A program made the translations under genes and the position numbers. DNA of 64,000 nucleotides from an uncultured Aliarcobacter sp. (lineage in GTDB: Bacteria > Campylobacterota > Campylobacteria > Campylobacterales > Arcobacteraceae): contig OY781945.1 in NCBI GenBank assembly GCA_963677435.1, positions 2,784,001-2,848,000 of the forward strand. Reading direction: 5' to 3'. The notes beneath the pieces were generated by a model. That model was given only the letters and a program-made list of their open reading frames with translations. It was not told the origin of the DNA and made no database searches. Of this stretch, positions 38,570 through 49,659 are shown piece by piece. The stretch's first letter is position 1, and each line of letters opens with the position of its first letter.

Positions 38570-39289
38570 ATGGAAAACAAAAAAAGTTTATTAGTTATAT
38601 TAACACTAACAATATCAGCACATTTATTACTATTTGCAAATTTAAAAGTAGAAGAAATTGAGCAAGAAGCAAAACCTTTACCTCAAATAACTAAAATAAA
38701 TTTACAAAATGTAGTAATTAAAAAACCAGAACCTGTGGTTGAGCCTGTTGTAGAAAAACCTGTTGAAATCAAACCTTTACCAAAAACACAAAGTACAAAC
38801 AAAATCAAAGAAGTGAAAAAGAAAGAATTTCACAAAAAAGAGAAAAAATTTGAAAAAGTTGTTGAAAAAAAGGTTGAAAAAAAAATAGAGGAGATAAAAG
38901 AAGTTAAACAGGAAATCAATAATGCTCTTCCACAAATGAGTTCTTCTGATGTTAAAAGTGTAGAAAAAGATATTGACCCATCTTTAAAAGATGCATTGGA
39001 AAATGAGTATTTAGCAAAAATCAGAATGATAATTGAAAAAAATAAAATTTATCCAAAATCTGCAAAAAGATTAAATCAAATGGGAAAAGTTAATGTTTGT
39101 TTTGTTATTTCAAAAGATGGACATATACAAGATATAAAAGTTGTTAAAAAATCAAGCTTTGAAAGACTTGATGAAGCTGCGATTGAAATCTTAACTAAAA
39201 TAAATAGTTTTGAACCAATCCCAGAAAAATTAAATAAAAATAGTTGGGAAATAACTGTGCCAATTGTTTATCAAATTACAAGGAGCTAA
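38570..39289 (+). CDS. tonB: Energy transducer TonB
   Basis: TM with SAH, Pro/Lys/Glu-rich linker, YPKSAKR...G.V...LDEAA C-terminal domain. Confidence 0.92.
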   Translation: MENKKSLLVILTLTISAHLLLFANLKVEEIEQEAKPLPQITKINLQNVVIKKPEPVVEPVVEKPVEIKPLPKTQSTNKIKEVKKKEFHKKEKKFEKVVEKKVEKKIEEIKEVKQEINNALPQMSSSDVKSVEKDIDPSLKDALENEYLAKIRMIIEKNKIYPKSAKRLNQMGKVNVCFVISKDGHIQDIKVVKKSSFERLDEAAIEILTKINSFEPIPEKLNKNSWEITVPIVYQITRS

Positions 39290-39292
39290 TGA

Positions 39293-39802
39293 ATGGGTGT
39301 TGACTTAATCAATTATATTGATAGAGGTGGAATAATTGTATATATTCTGATTTTTTTAAATATTATAGGTTTTACAATAATGTTTTGGAAGTTAGTTGTT
39401 ATTGCCTTAGCGGGAAATAAAAGAGAACTTTTAATCAGTGAAATTATAAATTTTGCGAAAACAAATAATGAAGAATTTAAAAAAGATTCAATTGAAAACT
39501 ATATAAATAGAAAAATTAGAAAATTAGAATTCGGTTTAAATACTGTAAAAATTATCGCCTCAATTGCACCACTTCTTGGACTTTTAGGTACTGTTATTGG
39601 TGTTTTAGATTCATTTGATTCTATCACAAAAAGTGGTTTAGGAGATCCAACCATATTTTCAAGTGGAATTTCTGTTGCACTTATTACAACAATTGCTGGT
39701 TTAATAGTAGCGATTCCACATTATATTGGATACAACTATATTGTAGGAATTTTAGATGATATTGAACTAAAAATTCAAAAAGAGGTTCTTAAAAAGATAT
39801 GA
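39293..39802 (+). CDS. exbB: ExbB (MotA/TolQ/ExbB family)
   Basis: IAPLLGLLGTVIG, GISVALITTIAGLIVAIP. Confidence 0.92.
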   Translation: MGVDLINYIDRGGIIVYILIFLNIIGFTIMFWKLVVIALAGNKRELLISEIINFAKTNNEEFKKDSIENYINRKIRKLEFGLNTVKIIASIAPLLGLLGTVIGVLDSFDSITKSGLGDPTIFSSGISVALITTIAGLIVAIPHYIGYNYIVGILDDIELKIQKEVLKKI

Positions 39803-40185
39803 AAAAAAGAGAAATTCTAACTCCAGATATTACGCCGCTTATAGATGTTGTTTTTATTCTTTTAATATTTTTTATAGTTTCATCAGTATTTAAAAAAGAT
39901 GAATTAGCCCTTGTGTTAAATCTTCCAACTTCAACGGCAAAAGAGATTGAAGTAAAAGATAAAGAGATAGTAATAGAGCTAAGTCATGATAAATTAGCTA
40001 TTTCAGGGAAAGAAGCAACAATTGAAGTTTTAGAAAATGAAATAGGAAAAATAGAAGATAAAAAAAGAAATATTATTTTTAGAATTGATAAAGAAGTAAA
40101 ATATGAAAAAATTATTGAAGTTTTAGAAGTACTTCAAAAACATGAATTATTTAATATCTCATTAGTTACTGAACCACAAAAGTAG
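39799..40185 (+). CDS. exbD: ExbD
   Basis: DITPLIDVVFILLIFFIV. Confidence 0.92.
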   Translation: MKKREILTPDITPLIDVVFILLIFFIVSSVFKKDELALVLNLPTSTAKEIEVKDKEIVIELSHDKLAISGKEATIEVLENEIGKIEDKKRNIIFRIDKEVKYEKIIEVLEVLQKHELFNISLVTEPQK

Positions 40186-40205
40186 TAGAAATTTCTACTA
40201 CTTTT
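40178..40205. terminator. Bidirectional terminator
   Basis: Palindrome AAAAGTAGTAGAAA/TTTCTACTACTTTT between convergent genes. Confidence 0.75.
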
Positions 40206-41817
40206 AAGTTAATCTACAATACATAACCTCATCAACAACAGCTCGTGCAATTTGCTGTGTTTCAACAATAACATGTTTTAAATGTAAACCCTCAAGAGCA
40301 TTTTTCTCTTCATCACTAGTAACTGTTACAATTGTTTTACTATTGTGTGTTAAATCATTAACAGCTTCACAAATAAGGTGTAATATTTCTGGATTATTAA
40401 CAGCTACGATTACTGCTGATGCTTTTGTAATATTTACAGAGTTCAAAATATGTCTTTGGGCTGCATTACCAAAAACAATAGGTTCACCTTTATCTTTTCC
40501 TATTTGGTAAAATTTGATATTGTGTTCTAAAATAACATATTTTTGTCCAAAAGTTTTTAACTCTTTTACAATTGCTTGACCAAAACTACCATATCCTAAA
40601 ACTACAACATGATTTTCTGTATCTTCTGAAATATTGTAAGTATTTGTAATCATCATTACATCTTCAGGAATCAGTTTTGCTGCTGCTTTTGAAAGATTTT
40701 TTAAGATTATTGGCGTTAATATCATTGATATTACTATTGTTACTATTAAGACCTGAGAATATGTAACATCAACTAAATTTTGACTACGAGCTAACTCTAA
40801 TATTGCTAGTGAAAACTCACCAATTTGAATTAATGAAAGTGCAGTTTTAAAAGCTACTCTTTTATTATCTTCATATCTAACAATAGTATAAATTACAAGA
40901 TATTTTAAACCCATAACTAAAGGTAATAAAATAGCAATAATCCAAGCATATTCATAAATAATTTTAAAATTAATCTGCATTCCAACAGTTATAAAAAACA
41001 CCCCTAAAAGTATATTTCTAAAAGGAATAAGGTCAGCTTCAACTTGATGTTTAAATTTTGTTTCTGAAATCATCATACCTGCAATAAATGCTCCAAGTGA
41101 ATATGAAAACCCAAAATAATAAGCTAAATAAGCAGAACCCATAGCCAAAAGTAAAACTGAAGCCACAAATAACTCATCTGATTTTGTAGCTGATACATAT
41201 CTTAAAAATGGCTCTAAAAGATATTTTCCACTAAAATATAAAAGTGCTAATAATACAACTGCTGCAAGGATAGTTTTACCAATAGTAAATACTAAACTCC
41301 CATCACCTGTCATAGAAAAAAATGAAATCATTAAAAGTATTGGAATTACTGCAATATCTTGCATAATTAAAATTCCTAAAACTCTTCTTCCATAGGGTTT
41401 TGTTATCTCTTTTGTTTCGTTAAAAGTTTTTAAAACAATTGCTGTTGAAGACAAAGATAAGGCTGTTCCTATAATCAATGCAGTTTGAGTTTCAAAACCT
41501 ATTATATATTTAGCAATTAAATATACAAAAATTGTTGTTATTACAATTTGAAGAGTTCCTGTAAAAAAAACTTCTCTTCTCATCTTTTTTAAGTGATTTA
41601 ATGAAAATTCCAATCCAATAGTAAACATCAAAAAAACTACCCCAAATTCAGCAATTTCTTTTAGTTCATGGTTATCAACAGCTGCGTGTAAATTAAAAGT
41701 ATAAGCAATAATTGTACCTGTTAATATATATCCAATAATTGTAGGTAAATGTACTTTTTTTAAAATTAGATTTAAGACTAACGCAATAAGAGTTGTAGCA
41801 ACGATAATCCCTAACAT
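40204..41817 (-). CDS. CPA2 cation:proton antiporter with TrkA-N domain (KefB/KefC-like)
   Basis: AEFGVVFLMFTIGLE, LSSTAIV, QDIAV, QIGEF, VVLGYGSFG. Confidence 0.9.
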   Translation of the reverse strand: MLGIIVATTLIALVLNLILKKVHLPTIIGYILTGTIIAYTFNLHAAVDNHELKEIAEFGVVFLMFTIGLEFSLNHLKKMRREVFFTGTLQIVITTIFVYLIAKYIIGFETQTALIIGTALSLSSTAIVLKTFNETKEITKPYGRRVLGILIMQDIAVIPILLMISFFSMTGDGSLVFTIGKTILAAVVLLALLYFSGKYLLEPFLRYVSATKSDELFVASVLLLAMGSAYLAYYFGFSYSLGAFIAGMMISETKFKHQVEADLIPFRNILLGVFFITVGMQINFKIIYEYAWIIAILLPLVMGLKYLVIYTIVRYEDNKRVAFKTALSLIQIGEFSLAILELARSQNLVDVTYSQVLIVTIVISMILTPIILKNLSKAAAKLIPEDVMMITNTYNISEDTENHVVVLGYGSFGQAIVKELKTFGQKYVILEHNIKFYQIGKDKGEPIVFGNAAQRHILNSVNITKASAVIVAVNNPEILHLICEAVNDLTHNSKTIVTVTSDEEKNALEGLHLKHVIVETQQIARAVVDEVMYCRLT

Positions 41818-41837
41818 ATAATTTCCTTTGTATAAAT

Positions 41838-43970
41838 TTATTTATAATGCATCTGTTTATATCCCTCTAGCCTTTTTTTATAGGCTGAATTTAACATAGC
41901 ATTTTTTGAATCTAAAAAATCAATAGCTAAACACTCTTGATTTCCTCGACCAATTCGTCCAAGATATTGAACAAGTCTTCCATAATATGAAATTGGTGTG
42001 ACAAACATAATCGTATTTAAGTGTGGAAAATCAATTCCCTCACCAAAATATGAAGTAGTTGCAATTATTAATGACTTTGTATTTACCAAAGCCATATTTT
42101 CAACTTGCTCTTTTTTATTGAGACTTCCATGGACACAAACATAATCTAAATTCTCATTTTGTAAGAGATTTTCTAAAATATTAATATGTTCTATTCTATC
42201 GGTTAAAACTAAAATTTTTCTTTGAATATTAGTTTTTATAGCCTCAATTATTAGATTATTTCTATTTTCATCAACACATAGTTCATTTATGATTGTTGAG
42301 TAATTATCAGCTGTACTTTCAAAATCCGTTCTAATGATTTGAAGTCTATTTGTGTGGGTTCTTTTCTTTTTATACTCATAAGAAATTTCACCTAATTGCT
42401 GATATAAAATAGGTTGTAAATCATCTTTTCTATTTGGTGTTGCACTTAAACCTAAGATATATTTACCTTTGAAATTCTTAACAATTTGCTCAAAGGTAAT
42501 TGCTGGAATATGATGGCATTCATCAACTATTACAAAAGAATAATTATTTATTATATCTGGGTCATTTTTTAGACTTTGCATTGTTGCCACATCAATTATT
42601 CCATTTAATTTATTGTGACCTTTTCCCAAATATCCAATATCTTTTTTTTCATATCCAAAATAATCAACGAATCTTTCAATCCATTGATTTAAAAGCATAT
42701 TTTTATTTACAACAATCATAGTTGTACATGCTCTTTGTTCAAAAATCTTAGCACCAAGCAAAGTTTTTCCAAAACCAGGAGGTGCAACACAAATTGAAAA
42801 ATCTGTTTTTTTTATCTCTTTTATTGCATCACTTTGTTCAGGTCTTAAAGTAAATGTCACTTTTTTAGTTTCAATCTCTTTAAAATTTCTTTTATCAATA
42901 AAAGAGAATTTAAGTGCATTTGCATTGAAAAAATCAACAACTTTTTCTTTTAAACCTCTGGGAAGCATCAAATATTTATCATCTTCATCAAATGATTTTA
43001 TATATTTAGGAGTGTTATATAAAGGTTTTCTCAAATTCAAAAGAATTTTGATTTGAGGATTTTCAAAGGTTGCAAATGATTTTAATTTATTCAAAAAAGA
43101 TTTTGATAAATTAAGTGTTGGAACATAAATAAAATCAGATAAAACTATCTCTAAATTTTGCATAGGAAAATTTATTTTCTCAAAATCTTTTTCATAATTT
43201 ACAGAGTCTGAATTTTCATTAAAACTATAAACTATCTGTTTTGAAACCTTTTGCACAGAATTTAAAACCATCCATTGATCTTCATAAATTTTATTTGTAT
43301 TCACATCTATAAATACTGTTTTATTTTTATCTCTAAGTTTCAAATGCAAAGGAAGTTCAAGACTATTTCCTAAACTCTCTTTTGTTGCAAACTCTTTATT
43401 TGGATATATTTTTGCACTTATATTTGCTTTTTTTAAAATAAATTGGGCGAAATTAAAAACTGCTTTTGACGGTAATTCTTCGTCTAAAAATATCCAAGCA
43501 AAAACCGCATTGTAAGAGTTTAATTCATAATAAGCTCTTATATTTAAAGAGTTTAGTGCAATTTGAAGTTTATATTTATCCTCATCAAGTATTTCAAAAA
43601 CAATAAATTTAGAGATATTCTTAGAATTAATACAATATGTTGCTAAAAATAGATTTCCTCTTAAGTGCTCTTCTATTTGATAATTTGTTAAAGGTAAATA
43701 ATCTTCACCTTGAAAAGTGGCAGTCACAGGATAAAAACCTTGTTTACTTCCATCTCGACTTACCCATTTTTTAGCATAAATATCAAATCGGGCTACAAAT
43801 AAAGATTTAAAAAGTTCAATTTTTTCATTTTTAGTGAAACCTTTTTTTACAAGAACTTTTTCTTTTTCAAGTTTTATTTTCTCTTTTAAAAGCTCAATCT
43901 CTTCATCAATTTTATTTTTTTGAATATAAAGATTTTCAAGTTGCTTCTCAAGAGTTCTCATGGTAGCCAA
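41838..43970 (-). CDS. SF2 DEAD/DEAH helicase with N-terminal degenerate AEP primase-like (TOTE-type) domain
   Basis: APPGFGKT, DECHH, GLSATP, EGIDFP, QYLGRIGR; N-terminus KIELFKSLF...PLT...HLRG...LPLH. Confidence 0.85.
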   Translation of the reverse strand: MATMRTLEKQLENLYIQKNKIDEEIELLKEKIKLEKEKVLVKKGFTKNEKIELFKSLFVARFDIYAKKWVSRDGSKQGFYPVTATFQGEDYLPLTNYQIEEHLRGNLFLATYCINSKNISKFIVFEILDEDKYKLQIALNSLNIRAYYELNSYNAVFAWIFLDEELPSKAVFNFAQFILKKANISAKIYPNKEFATKESLGNSLELPLHLKLRDKNKTVFIDVNTNKIYEDQWMVLNSVQKVSKQIVYSFNENSDSVNYEKDFEKINFPMQNLEIVLSDFIYVPTLNLSKSFLNKLKSFATFENPQIKILLNLRKPLYNTPKYIKSFDEDDKYLMLPRGLKEKVVDFFNANALKFSFIDKRNFKEIETKKVTFTLRPEQSDAIKEIKKTDFSICVAPPGFGKTLLGAKIFEQRACTTMIVVNKNMLLNQWIERFVDYFGYEKKDIGYLGKGHNKLNGIIDVATMQSLKNDPDIINNYSFVIVDECHHIPAITFEQIVKNFKGKYILGLSATPNRKDDLQPILYQQLGEISYEYKKKRTHTNRLQIIRTDFESTADNYSTIINELCVDENRNNLIIEAIKTNIQRKILVLTDRIEHINILENLLQNENLDYVCVHGSLNKKEQVENMALVNTKSLIIATTSYFGEGIDFPHLNTIMFVTPISYYGRLVQYLGRIGRGNQECLAIDFLDSKNAMLNSAYKKRLEGYKQMHYK

Positions 43971-45120
43971 TCAAAGATAAGAATTTTTCAACAACTAAAA
44001 ATGAACCAAAAACTAAATACTCTTCATTTTCTTCTATTTTTATTGTCTCTTCATTTATTATATTTAATTGTTTAATAACTTTTAACAATTCCTCTTTTTG
44101 TACAACTCTTTTATCATCAAGTTCAATTATTACAAGTTTTTTTATAATTGGTTTTAATATATTTAAAACCTCAGTGTAATCCTTATCAGCGTAAGAGTTA
44201 TATATTAAAGTAACTTTTTTATTCTCAAACTCTTTTGCAATTACTGTGGCTGCTAAGGGATTGTGTCCCACATCAATAGTAATATTTAAAGCTATTTTTT
44301 GACATCTACCAAAAAGTTTAACATCATCAAAAAGTTTTGTATCAATAGGAATTTTTAACTCTTGCAAACAAGTAATTACTAAATGTAAATTTCTTTTTAA
44401 ATATGAAGCAAATTTATCATTTATTGAGTATTTATCAAACTCTTTTACTTCAATTATTTCAATATCTCTATTTCGTTGCTCTAAAATTTGCTCTTTTACT
44501 TCATAAGCTGTTTTTGCAACTTCAGGGAAAACTTGATAACCAATAAGCATTTTATTATCGCACGAGCGCATTTTTGTTGCTGCTATTTCTTCAACTGTAT
44601 TTCCTAAGAAACTTTGATGATCAAGACCGATTGTTGTGATTAGTGATAGATTATTTTCAACCACATTTGTAGCATCAAACTCTCCACCAAGTCCAGCTTC
44701 TAAAACTAAATAATCAAAATCTTTTGATAAATAAAAGGCTAAAAGAGTTGTATATTCAAAATATGTTAATTTTTCAAGTAGCTCTATTTCAAATAAATCT
44801 TGTAAAAATTTATGAGCTGTTTCTAGGGCTTCATCACTTACATCAAAGCCATTTATCCAAATTCTTTCATTAAATTTTAAAATATGAGGAGAGCTATAGT
44901 GTAAAACTTTGAACTCTTTTTTATATAAATAGTGAGCTAAAAATCTTCCTGTACTTCCCTTTCCATTGGTTCCAACAATATGAATTACAAAAGGGAGTTT
45001 TATTTTTTTTGATAATTTTTCCCAAGAAGATTTTACGACTGTAAAATCTATCTTGTCATAATAAAGAGTTTTATATTTCAAAAACTCTTCTAAGTTTACT
45101 TTTTTAAAATCTACTAACAT
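43948..45120 (-). CDS. folC: Folylpolyglutamate synthase/dihydrofolate synthase
   Basis: HIVGTNGKGST, YSSPH, LEAGLGGEFDATN, DVGHN, FGSF. Confidence 0.95.
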   Translation of the reverse strand: MLVDFKKVNLEEFLKYKTLYYDKIDFTVVKSSWEKLSKKIKLPFVIHIVGTNGKGSTGRFLAHYLYKKEFKVLHYSSPHILKFNERIWINGFDVSDEALETAHKFLQDLFEIELLEKLTYFEYTTLLAFYLSKDFDYLVLEAGLGGEFDATNVVENNLSLITTIGLDHQSFLGNTVEEIAATKMRSCDNKMLIGYQVFPEVAKTAYEVKEQILEQRNRDIEIIEVKEFDKYSINDKFASYLKRNLHLVITCLQELKIPIDTKLFDDVKLFGRCQKIALNITIDVGHNPLAATVIAKEFENKKVTLIYNSYADKDYTEVLNILKPIIKKLVIIELDDKRVVQKEELLKVIKQLNIINEETIKIEENEEYLVFGSFLVVEKFLSLIGYHENS

Positions 45121-45648
45121 CTATTTTTTAAATGATAAAACTGCAATTTTTGATAATACTTCTTCTAAGGCTTTATCAGCTGCTTGAACAATTGCTTGGT
45201 ATCTTTGAGTATCATTTATACTTGTACCATTATCAATAGAGAAGTCATATTCTCCACTAACACTAAATGATTTTCTTTTATTTTCACTTTTTTTCAAGTA
45301 AGAAATATTTAGTGTTACTATTGCTCTATATAATTTATTATAACCAGATCTATCATATTGTAAAGCTTGCATTCTTGCGGAATTAACTTTAACATACATT
45401 ACAGTATCAGATAAAGACTCTTTATCAACTAGTTGCACATCTAGTTTTTGAATTAACATTTTGTTAATAGAATCTTTAACAATTACAGAGTTTTGTGGAT
45501 CTTCTAAATCAATTGAAACTTTTACAAAAACATTTCCATTAATCTCTTCTTTTGCATAATAAGTTGCAGGTTTATATCCACATCCTAAAAATGAAAATGA
45601 AATAGTAAAAGTAAAAAGTACAAATAGTACTTTTTTTAAAATATTCAT
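45121..45648 (-). CDS. lptE: LPS assembly lipoprotein LptE
   Basis: Lipobox LGCGY; conserved position downstream of leuS. Confidence 0.8.
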   Translation of the reverse strand: MNILKKVLFVLFTFTISFSFLGCGYKPATYYAKEEINGNVFVKVSIDLEDPQNSVIVKDSINKMLIQKLDVQLVDKESLSDTVMYVKVNSARMQALQYDRSGYNKLYRAIVTLNISYLKKSENKRKSFSVSGEYDFSIDNGTSINDTQRYQAIVQAADKALEEVLSKIAVLSFKK

Positions 45649-45655
45649 AATTGTT

Positions 45656-48121
45656 TTATCCTTTTATTACAAAGTTCACAAGTTTATTTGGAACAACAAT
45701 CTCTTTAATTAATTCACTCTCACCCAACCATTTAGCAGCTGCTGTTTTTGCAAGGGCTAAAATCTCTTCTTTTGAAGTATCTGGTGCAACTTCAATTTCA
45801 CATCTTTTTTTACCATTAACAGTTACTGCTAAAATTATAGAATCAAAAGCGAAAACTTCTTCTTTAATCTCAAGTTTTTTATTAAAATTTTCAAGATTAA
45901 ATAACTGTTGTGATAATTCCCAACAAGCATGTGGAATAATTGGCTCTAAAATATTTGTTAAAATATAATAACCCTCAGCCCAAACAGTTTCATTTTTTTG
46001 TGCTTGCAAAGCATTTAAAGCTTCCATGCAAGAAGCAATTAAAGTATTAAAAGTATAAGTTTTATTAAATACTTCATTTGATTTTAATAAGGCATCATAT
46101 ACTTTTTTTCTTGCTTCTTTTTCTTCTTTATTTAAAGTTGAGTGATCAAGAGTAACAAAAGTTTCTAAGCCAGTTGAAGTTACATTAGCTGCTCTTTCAT
46201 AGAACTTTTTAATAAATCTATATGCTCCATCAACTGCACTATCATTCCATTCAAGCTCTTTTGTAGGAGGTGCAGCAAATAACATAAATAGTCTTGCTGT
46301 ATCTGCTCCATATTTTTCAACTATTAAATCAGGATCAACTACATTTCCTTTTGATTTTGACATTTTTGCACCATCTTTTAAAACCATACCTTGAGTAAGT
46401 AGTTTTTTAAATGGTTCTCTTGAGTTTGTGTAACCTAAATCATTTAATACTTTTGTAAAAAATCTTGCATATAAAAGGTGTAAAATTGCATGTTCAATTC
46501 CACCAATATATTGGTCAACATCCATCCAATAATCACTATCTTCTTTTGAGATACCAACTTCATTCCAAGATTTTGGATTAGTTGCATATCTTAAAAAATA
46601 CCAAGATGATTGAACAAAAGTATCTAAAGTATCAGTTTCTCTTATTGCTGGTTTTCCACATTTTGGACAAGCGCAATGCTTCCAAGTTGGATGATTGTCT
46701 AATGGATTTCCCTCACCTGTAATTTCTACATCAACAGGCAATGCAATTGGTAAATTCTCAGTTTTTTCAGGAACTAATCCACAAGTCTCACAATGAACAA
46801 AAGGAATTGGTGCCCCCCAATATCTTTGTCTTGAAACTCCCCAATCTCTTAGTTTAAAATTAATTTGTTTTACACCTAAAGAGTTTTGTTCAAAGTGATA
46901 AACAATTGCTTTTTTTGCTTTTGTATTTGGTAAACCTGTGAATCCTTCACTATCTATTAATTTACCCTCAGCTGTATATGCTTCTGTTTGTTTTTGAATT
47001 ATTCCTTCATTTCCCACAATTACTTGTTTTATAGGTAAATCATATTTTTTAGCAAATTCAAAGTCCCTTTGATCATGTGCAGGAACAGCCATAACTGCAC
47101 CTCCACCATATGAACTTAATACGAAGTTTGCTACCCAAACAGGAATTTTTGCACCTGTTAATGGATGCATTACATCAATTTCTAAAGATACACCCTCTTT
47201 TTCTTGAGTTGCTCTATCTCTTTCAGTAACTTTTTGCATCTCTTTTATAGCTTTTATCTTTTTTTCTGGTAAAAGATTATTATCAAGCATATATTTTACA
47301 ATTGGATGTTCAGGTGCAAGTGCTGAATATGACACTCCATAAATAGTATCAGGTCTTGTTGTAAATACCATATATTTAGAGAATTGTCTTTCTAATTTTA
47401 CTTTTGATTCTAATGATAATTCAAATTTAAACTCTAAACCTTCACTTCTTCCAATCCAGTTTTCTTGCATTGTTAAAACTTGGCTTGGCCAATCATTTTT
47501 AAGTAATTCTAAATCATCAAGTAGTTCTTGAGCATATTTTGTAATACCTACATAATATCCTGGCATCTCTTTTTGTACAACTTCCGTTCCACATCTCCAA
47601 CAACAACCATCTTCAAGTTGTTCATTTGCTAAAACTGTTAAATCGTGTGGACACCAGTTTACTGTTGCTGATTTTCTATAAATAATTCCTGCTTCATACA
47701 TTTTTATAACAAACTCTTGTTCCCATCTTGTATAAAGCTCATCACTTGTTGCAAATTCTCTAGTTTCTGAAAAAGATAAACCTAAAGCTTTTAACTCATC
47801 TCTCATATAATCAATATTTTCATAAGTCCATTTTTTTGGATGAAGTTTATGTTTAATAGCTGCATTTTCAGCTGGCATTCCAAAACTATCCCAACCAATT
47901 GGGTGTAAAACATTAAAATCAGATTTTCTAAAATGTCTAGCAAAAGCATCGCCTAGACAATAATTTCTTACATGTCCCATGTGAATTCTTCCACTTGGGT
48001 ATGGGAACATACTTAAAATATATTTTTTCTCTTTTGTTTTATCATCACTTGGCTCAAAAGATTGATTTTCACTCCAAAAAGTTTGCCATTTTTTTTCAAT
48101 CTCTTTTGAAACATATTCCAT
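45656..48121 (-). CDS. leuS: Leucine--tRNA ligase
   Basis: MFPYPSG, HMGH, GGIEHA, KMSKS. Confidence 0.98.
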   Translation of the reverse strand: MEYVSKEIEKKWQTFWSENQSFEPSDDKTKEKKYILSMFPYPSGRIHMGHVRNYCLGDAFARHFRKSDFNVLHPIGWDSFGMPAENAAIKHKLHPKKWTYENIDYMRDELKALGLSFSETREFATSDELYTRWEQEFVIKMYEAGIIYRKSATVNWCPHDLTVLANEQLEDGCCWRCGTEVVQKEMPGYYVGITKYAQELLDDLELLKNDWPSQVLTMQENWIGRSEGLEFKFELSLESKVKLERQFSKYMVFTTRPDTIYGVSYSALAPEHPIVKYMLDNNLLPEKKIKAIKEMQKVTERDRATQEKEGVSLEIDVMHPLTGAKIPVWVANFVLSSYGGGAVMAVPAHDQRDFEFAKKYDLPIKQVIVGNEGIIQKQTEAYTAEGKLIDSEGFTGLPNTKAKKAIVYHFEQNSLGVKQINFKLRDWGVSRQRYWGAPIPFVHCETCGLVPEKTENLPIALPVDVEITGEGNPLDNHPTWKHCACPKCGKPAIRETDTLDTFVQSSWYFLRYATNPKSWNEVGISKEDSDYWMDVDQYIGGIEHAILHLLYARFFTKVLNDLGYTNSREPFKKLLTQGMVLKDGAKMSKSKGNVVDPDLIVEKYGADTARLFMLFAAPPTKELEWNDSAVDGAYRFIKKFYERAANVTSTGLETFVTLDHSTLNKEEKEARKKVYDALLKSNEVFNKTYTFNTLIASCMEALNALQAQKNETVWAEGYYILTNILEPIIPHACWELSQQLFNLENFNKKLEIKEEVFAFDSIILAVTVNGKKRCEIEVAPDTSKEEILALAKTAAAKWLGESELIKEIVVPNKLVNFVIKG

Positions 48122-48465
48122 TAAAATTCATCCTTATCTTGACTTTTTGCACTTTCTATTAACGCTAAGGCTATAGAGAAAGTATTTGCAACAATTGCAC
48201 CAATAGCTAAAGCGATTGATAACCTTACATCATTTGTAAATGTAAGTACCATAAATGAAGGAATAAGATGTAAATCTGCAACTAACGAACTAGCTAATAA
48301 TTCAGCTGCAAGTAGATTTTTAACACCAAGTTTTAATATTGTTGAGATTACATTAACACCAGCTGCTATAAATAATGCTATCGCATTAGGCTCAAATAGA
48401 AATCCAGCAGTTGTAGTTAAAGACATTAGTGAAAAGAAAATATAGGTTACTTTACCCCAATCCAT
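48121..48465 (-). CDS. Conserved membrane protein (DUF6394-like)
   Basis: MDWGKV...VADLHLIP; typical Campylobacterota gene between secF and leuS. Confidence 0.75.
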   Translation of the reverse strand: MDWGKVTYIFFSLMSLTTTAGFLFEPNAIALFIAAGVNVISTILKLGVKNLLAAELLASSLVADLHLIPSFMVLTFTNDVRLSIALAIGAIVANTFSIALALIESAKSQDKDEF

Positions 48466-48548
48466 TTTTATCCTTTTATAATTTTTGCTTTTGTTAAGGC
48501 AAATATTTTAGCTAAAAAATGATAAAAAATTGCTTTTTGGCTATAAAA

Positions 48549-49043
48549 CTATATACTGTTATTCCTATTTCTAAAGGCAACTATCATTTTATAAATCAAA
48601 TAAAACATGATAAATTTTAGGATTAATTGAATAATTAAATAAAAACCAAAACCATCAATTGTTAATTCAAAAAAATTAAGATTATGAGCTAAGAGATTAA
48701 AAGATAAATCATCTGTAATTAAAAGATAAATACAAATACTAAGATAAAGTGTAAAAACAAAAAATGGTTCTTTTCTCATATGAACAAAATTATAAATGCT
48801 GTACCAAATAAAAAGAACAATCATTATAGCTATTAGTAATTCTTTTTGAATACTACTTGGAATGTATACTACAAATTTTTTTGATATATCAATAAACTCA
48901 TATTCTAAAACTGTAGAGAATAGTTCAATTAGCAAGATCCAGTTTAATGCTAATAACCAATTTTTGCCGTTATTTGAGGTAATTAAATCAAATTTGTCTT
49001 TTATTTTTTGGTATAAATTTGTGTTATGAGTTTGTTCTTGCAT
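48549..49043 (-). CDS. Hypothetical membrane protein
   Basis: Several TMs; SNNGKNWLLAL and LKFIMFYLIYKMIVAFR segments. Confidence 0.75.
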   Translation of the reverse strand: MQEQTHNTNLYQKIKDKFDLITSNNGKNWLLALNWILLIELFSTVLEYEFIDISKKFVVYIPSSIQKELLIAIMIVLFIWYSIYNFVHMRKEPFFVFTLYLSICIYLLITDDLSFNLLAHNLNFFELTIDGFGFYLIIQLILKFIMFYLIYKMIVAFRNRNNSI

Positions 49044-49109
49044 AATTTTCTTCTTATAATGAGTGTTTGTGTAAACATGAACTTTATTATATCAAAAGTA
49101 CCTCTTAAA

Positions 49110-49130
49110 TTAGCCTTGTTTCAAGGCTAA
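49110..49130. terminator. Stem-loop terminator
   Basis: TTAGCCTTG-TTT-CAAGGCTAA, just past the remnant's stop codon. Confidence 0.7.
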
Positions 49131-49136
49131 AATAAA

Positions 49137-49331
49137 TTATTTTCTTCTTGTATTTTGTCTTATTGAGATAATTAATTGGTAGATCAAGTATGCAATTGTG
49201 ATTTTGTAAAGCAATATTCCAAATGTCAATTCTTCTTTTCCAGTCATAATTGAAAATGGATTGATTGTATTTGAAAAAATATTTAAACAAAATCTTTTGT
49301 GAATGCTGAATATAAAATATAATAAATTGAA
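49137..49331 (-). pseudogene. 3' remnant of a membrane protein gene
   Basis: Open frame ...FSNTINPFSIMTGKEELTFGILLYKITIAYLIYQLIISIRQNTRRK* with no 5' start, followed by a terminator. Confidence 0.6.
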
Positions 49332-49406
49332 CTACAAATTATGTAGTAAATTTTTTTATCGATTATTTTTTAATAAGATTATACATTTCTTATTCTTTGA
49401 GGATTC

Positions 49407-49590
49407 TACTTTTCTTTTTAGTAAAGAAAAGTTAGCAAAAGAAAAGCGTTCGCAGGGATTCAAAATAGCTAAAAAATCTATACAAATTCTAAAATTTGAA
49501 AACTTGACTTCGTACCTCAGTCTTCAAACAGTTCAAATTTCTTTACGAATTTATATAGATTTTTCTTAACACTATTTTGAAAATGCTCAC
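49407..49590 (-). repeat. Structured non-coding element, copy 1
   Basis: Nested stems 49459-68/49572-81, 49472-89/49547-64 and 49492-500/49532-40; terminal hairpin 49408-49432. Confidence 0.75.
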
Positions 49591-49659
49591 CTCTTTTTCT
49601 TGATATTTCTTTATTCAAAAAGATTGTTAAAAATTTAAAAGTATGGATGAGCAGGATTT

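Noticed and set aside
49105..49290. Track ORF of 61 aa
   Set aside because: A different frame (49137-49331) gives the protein-like sequence and ends just before the terminator.
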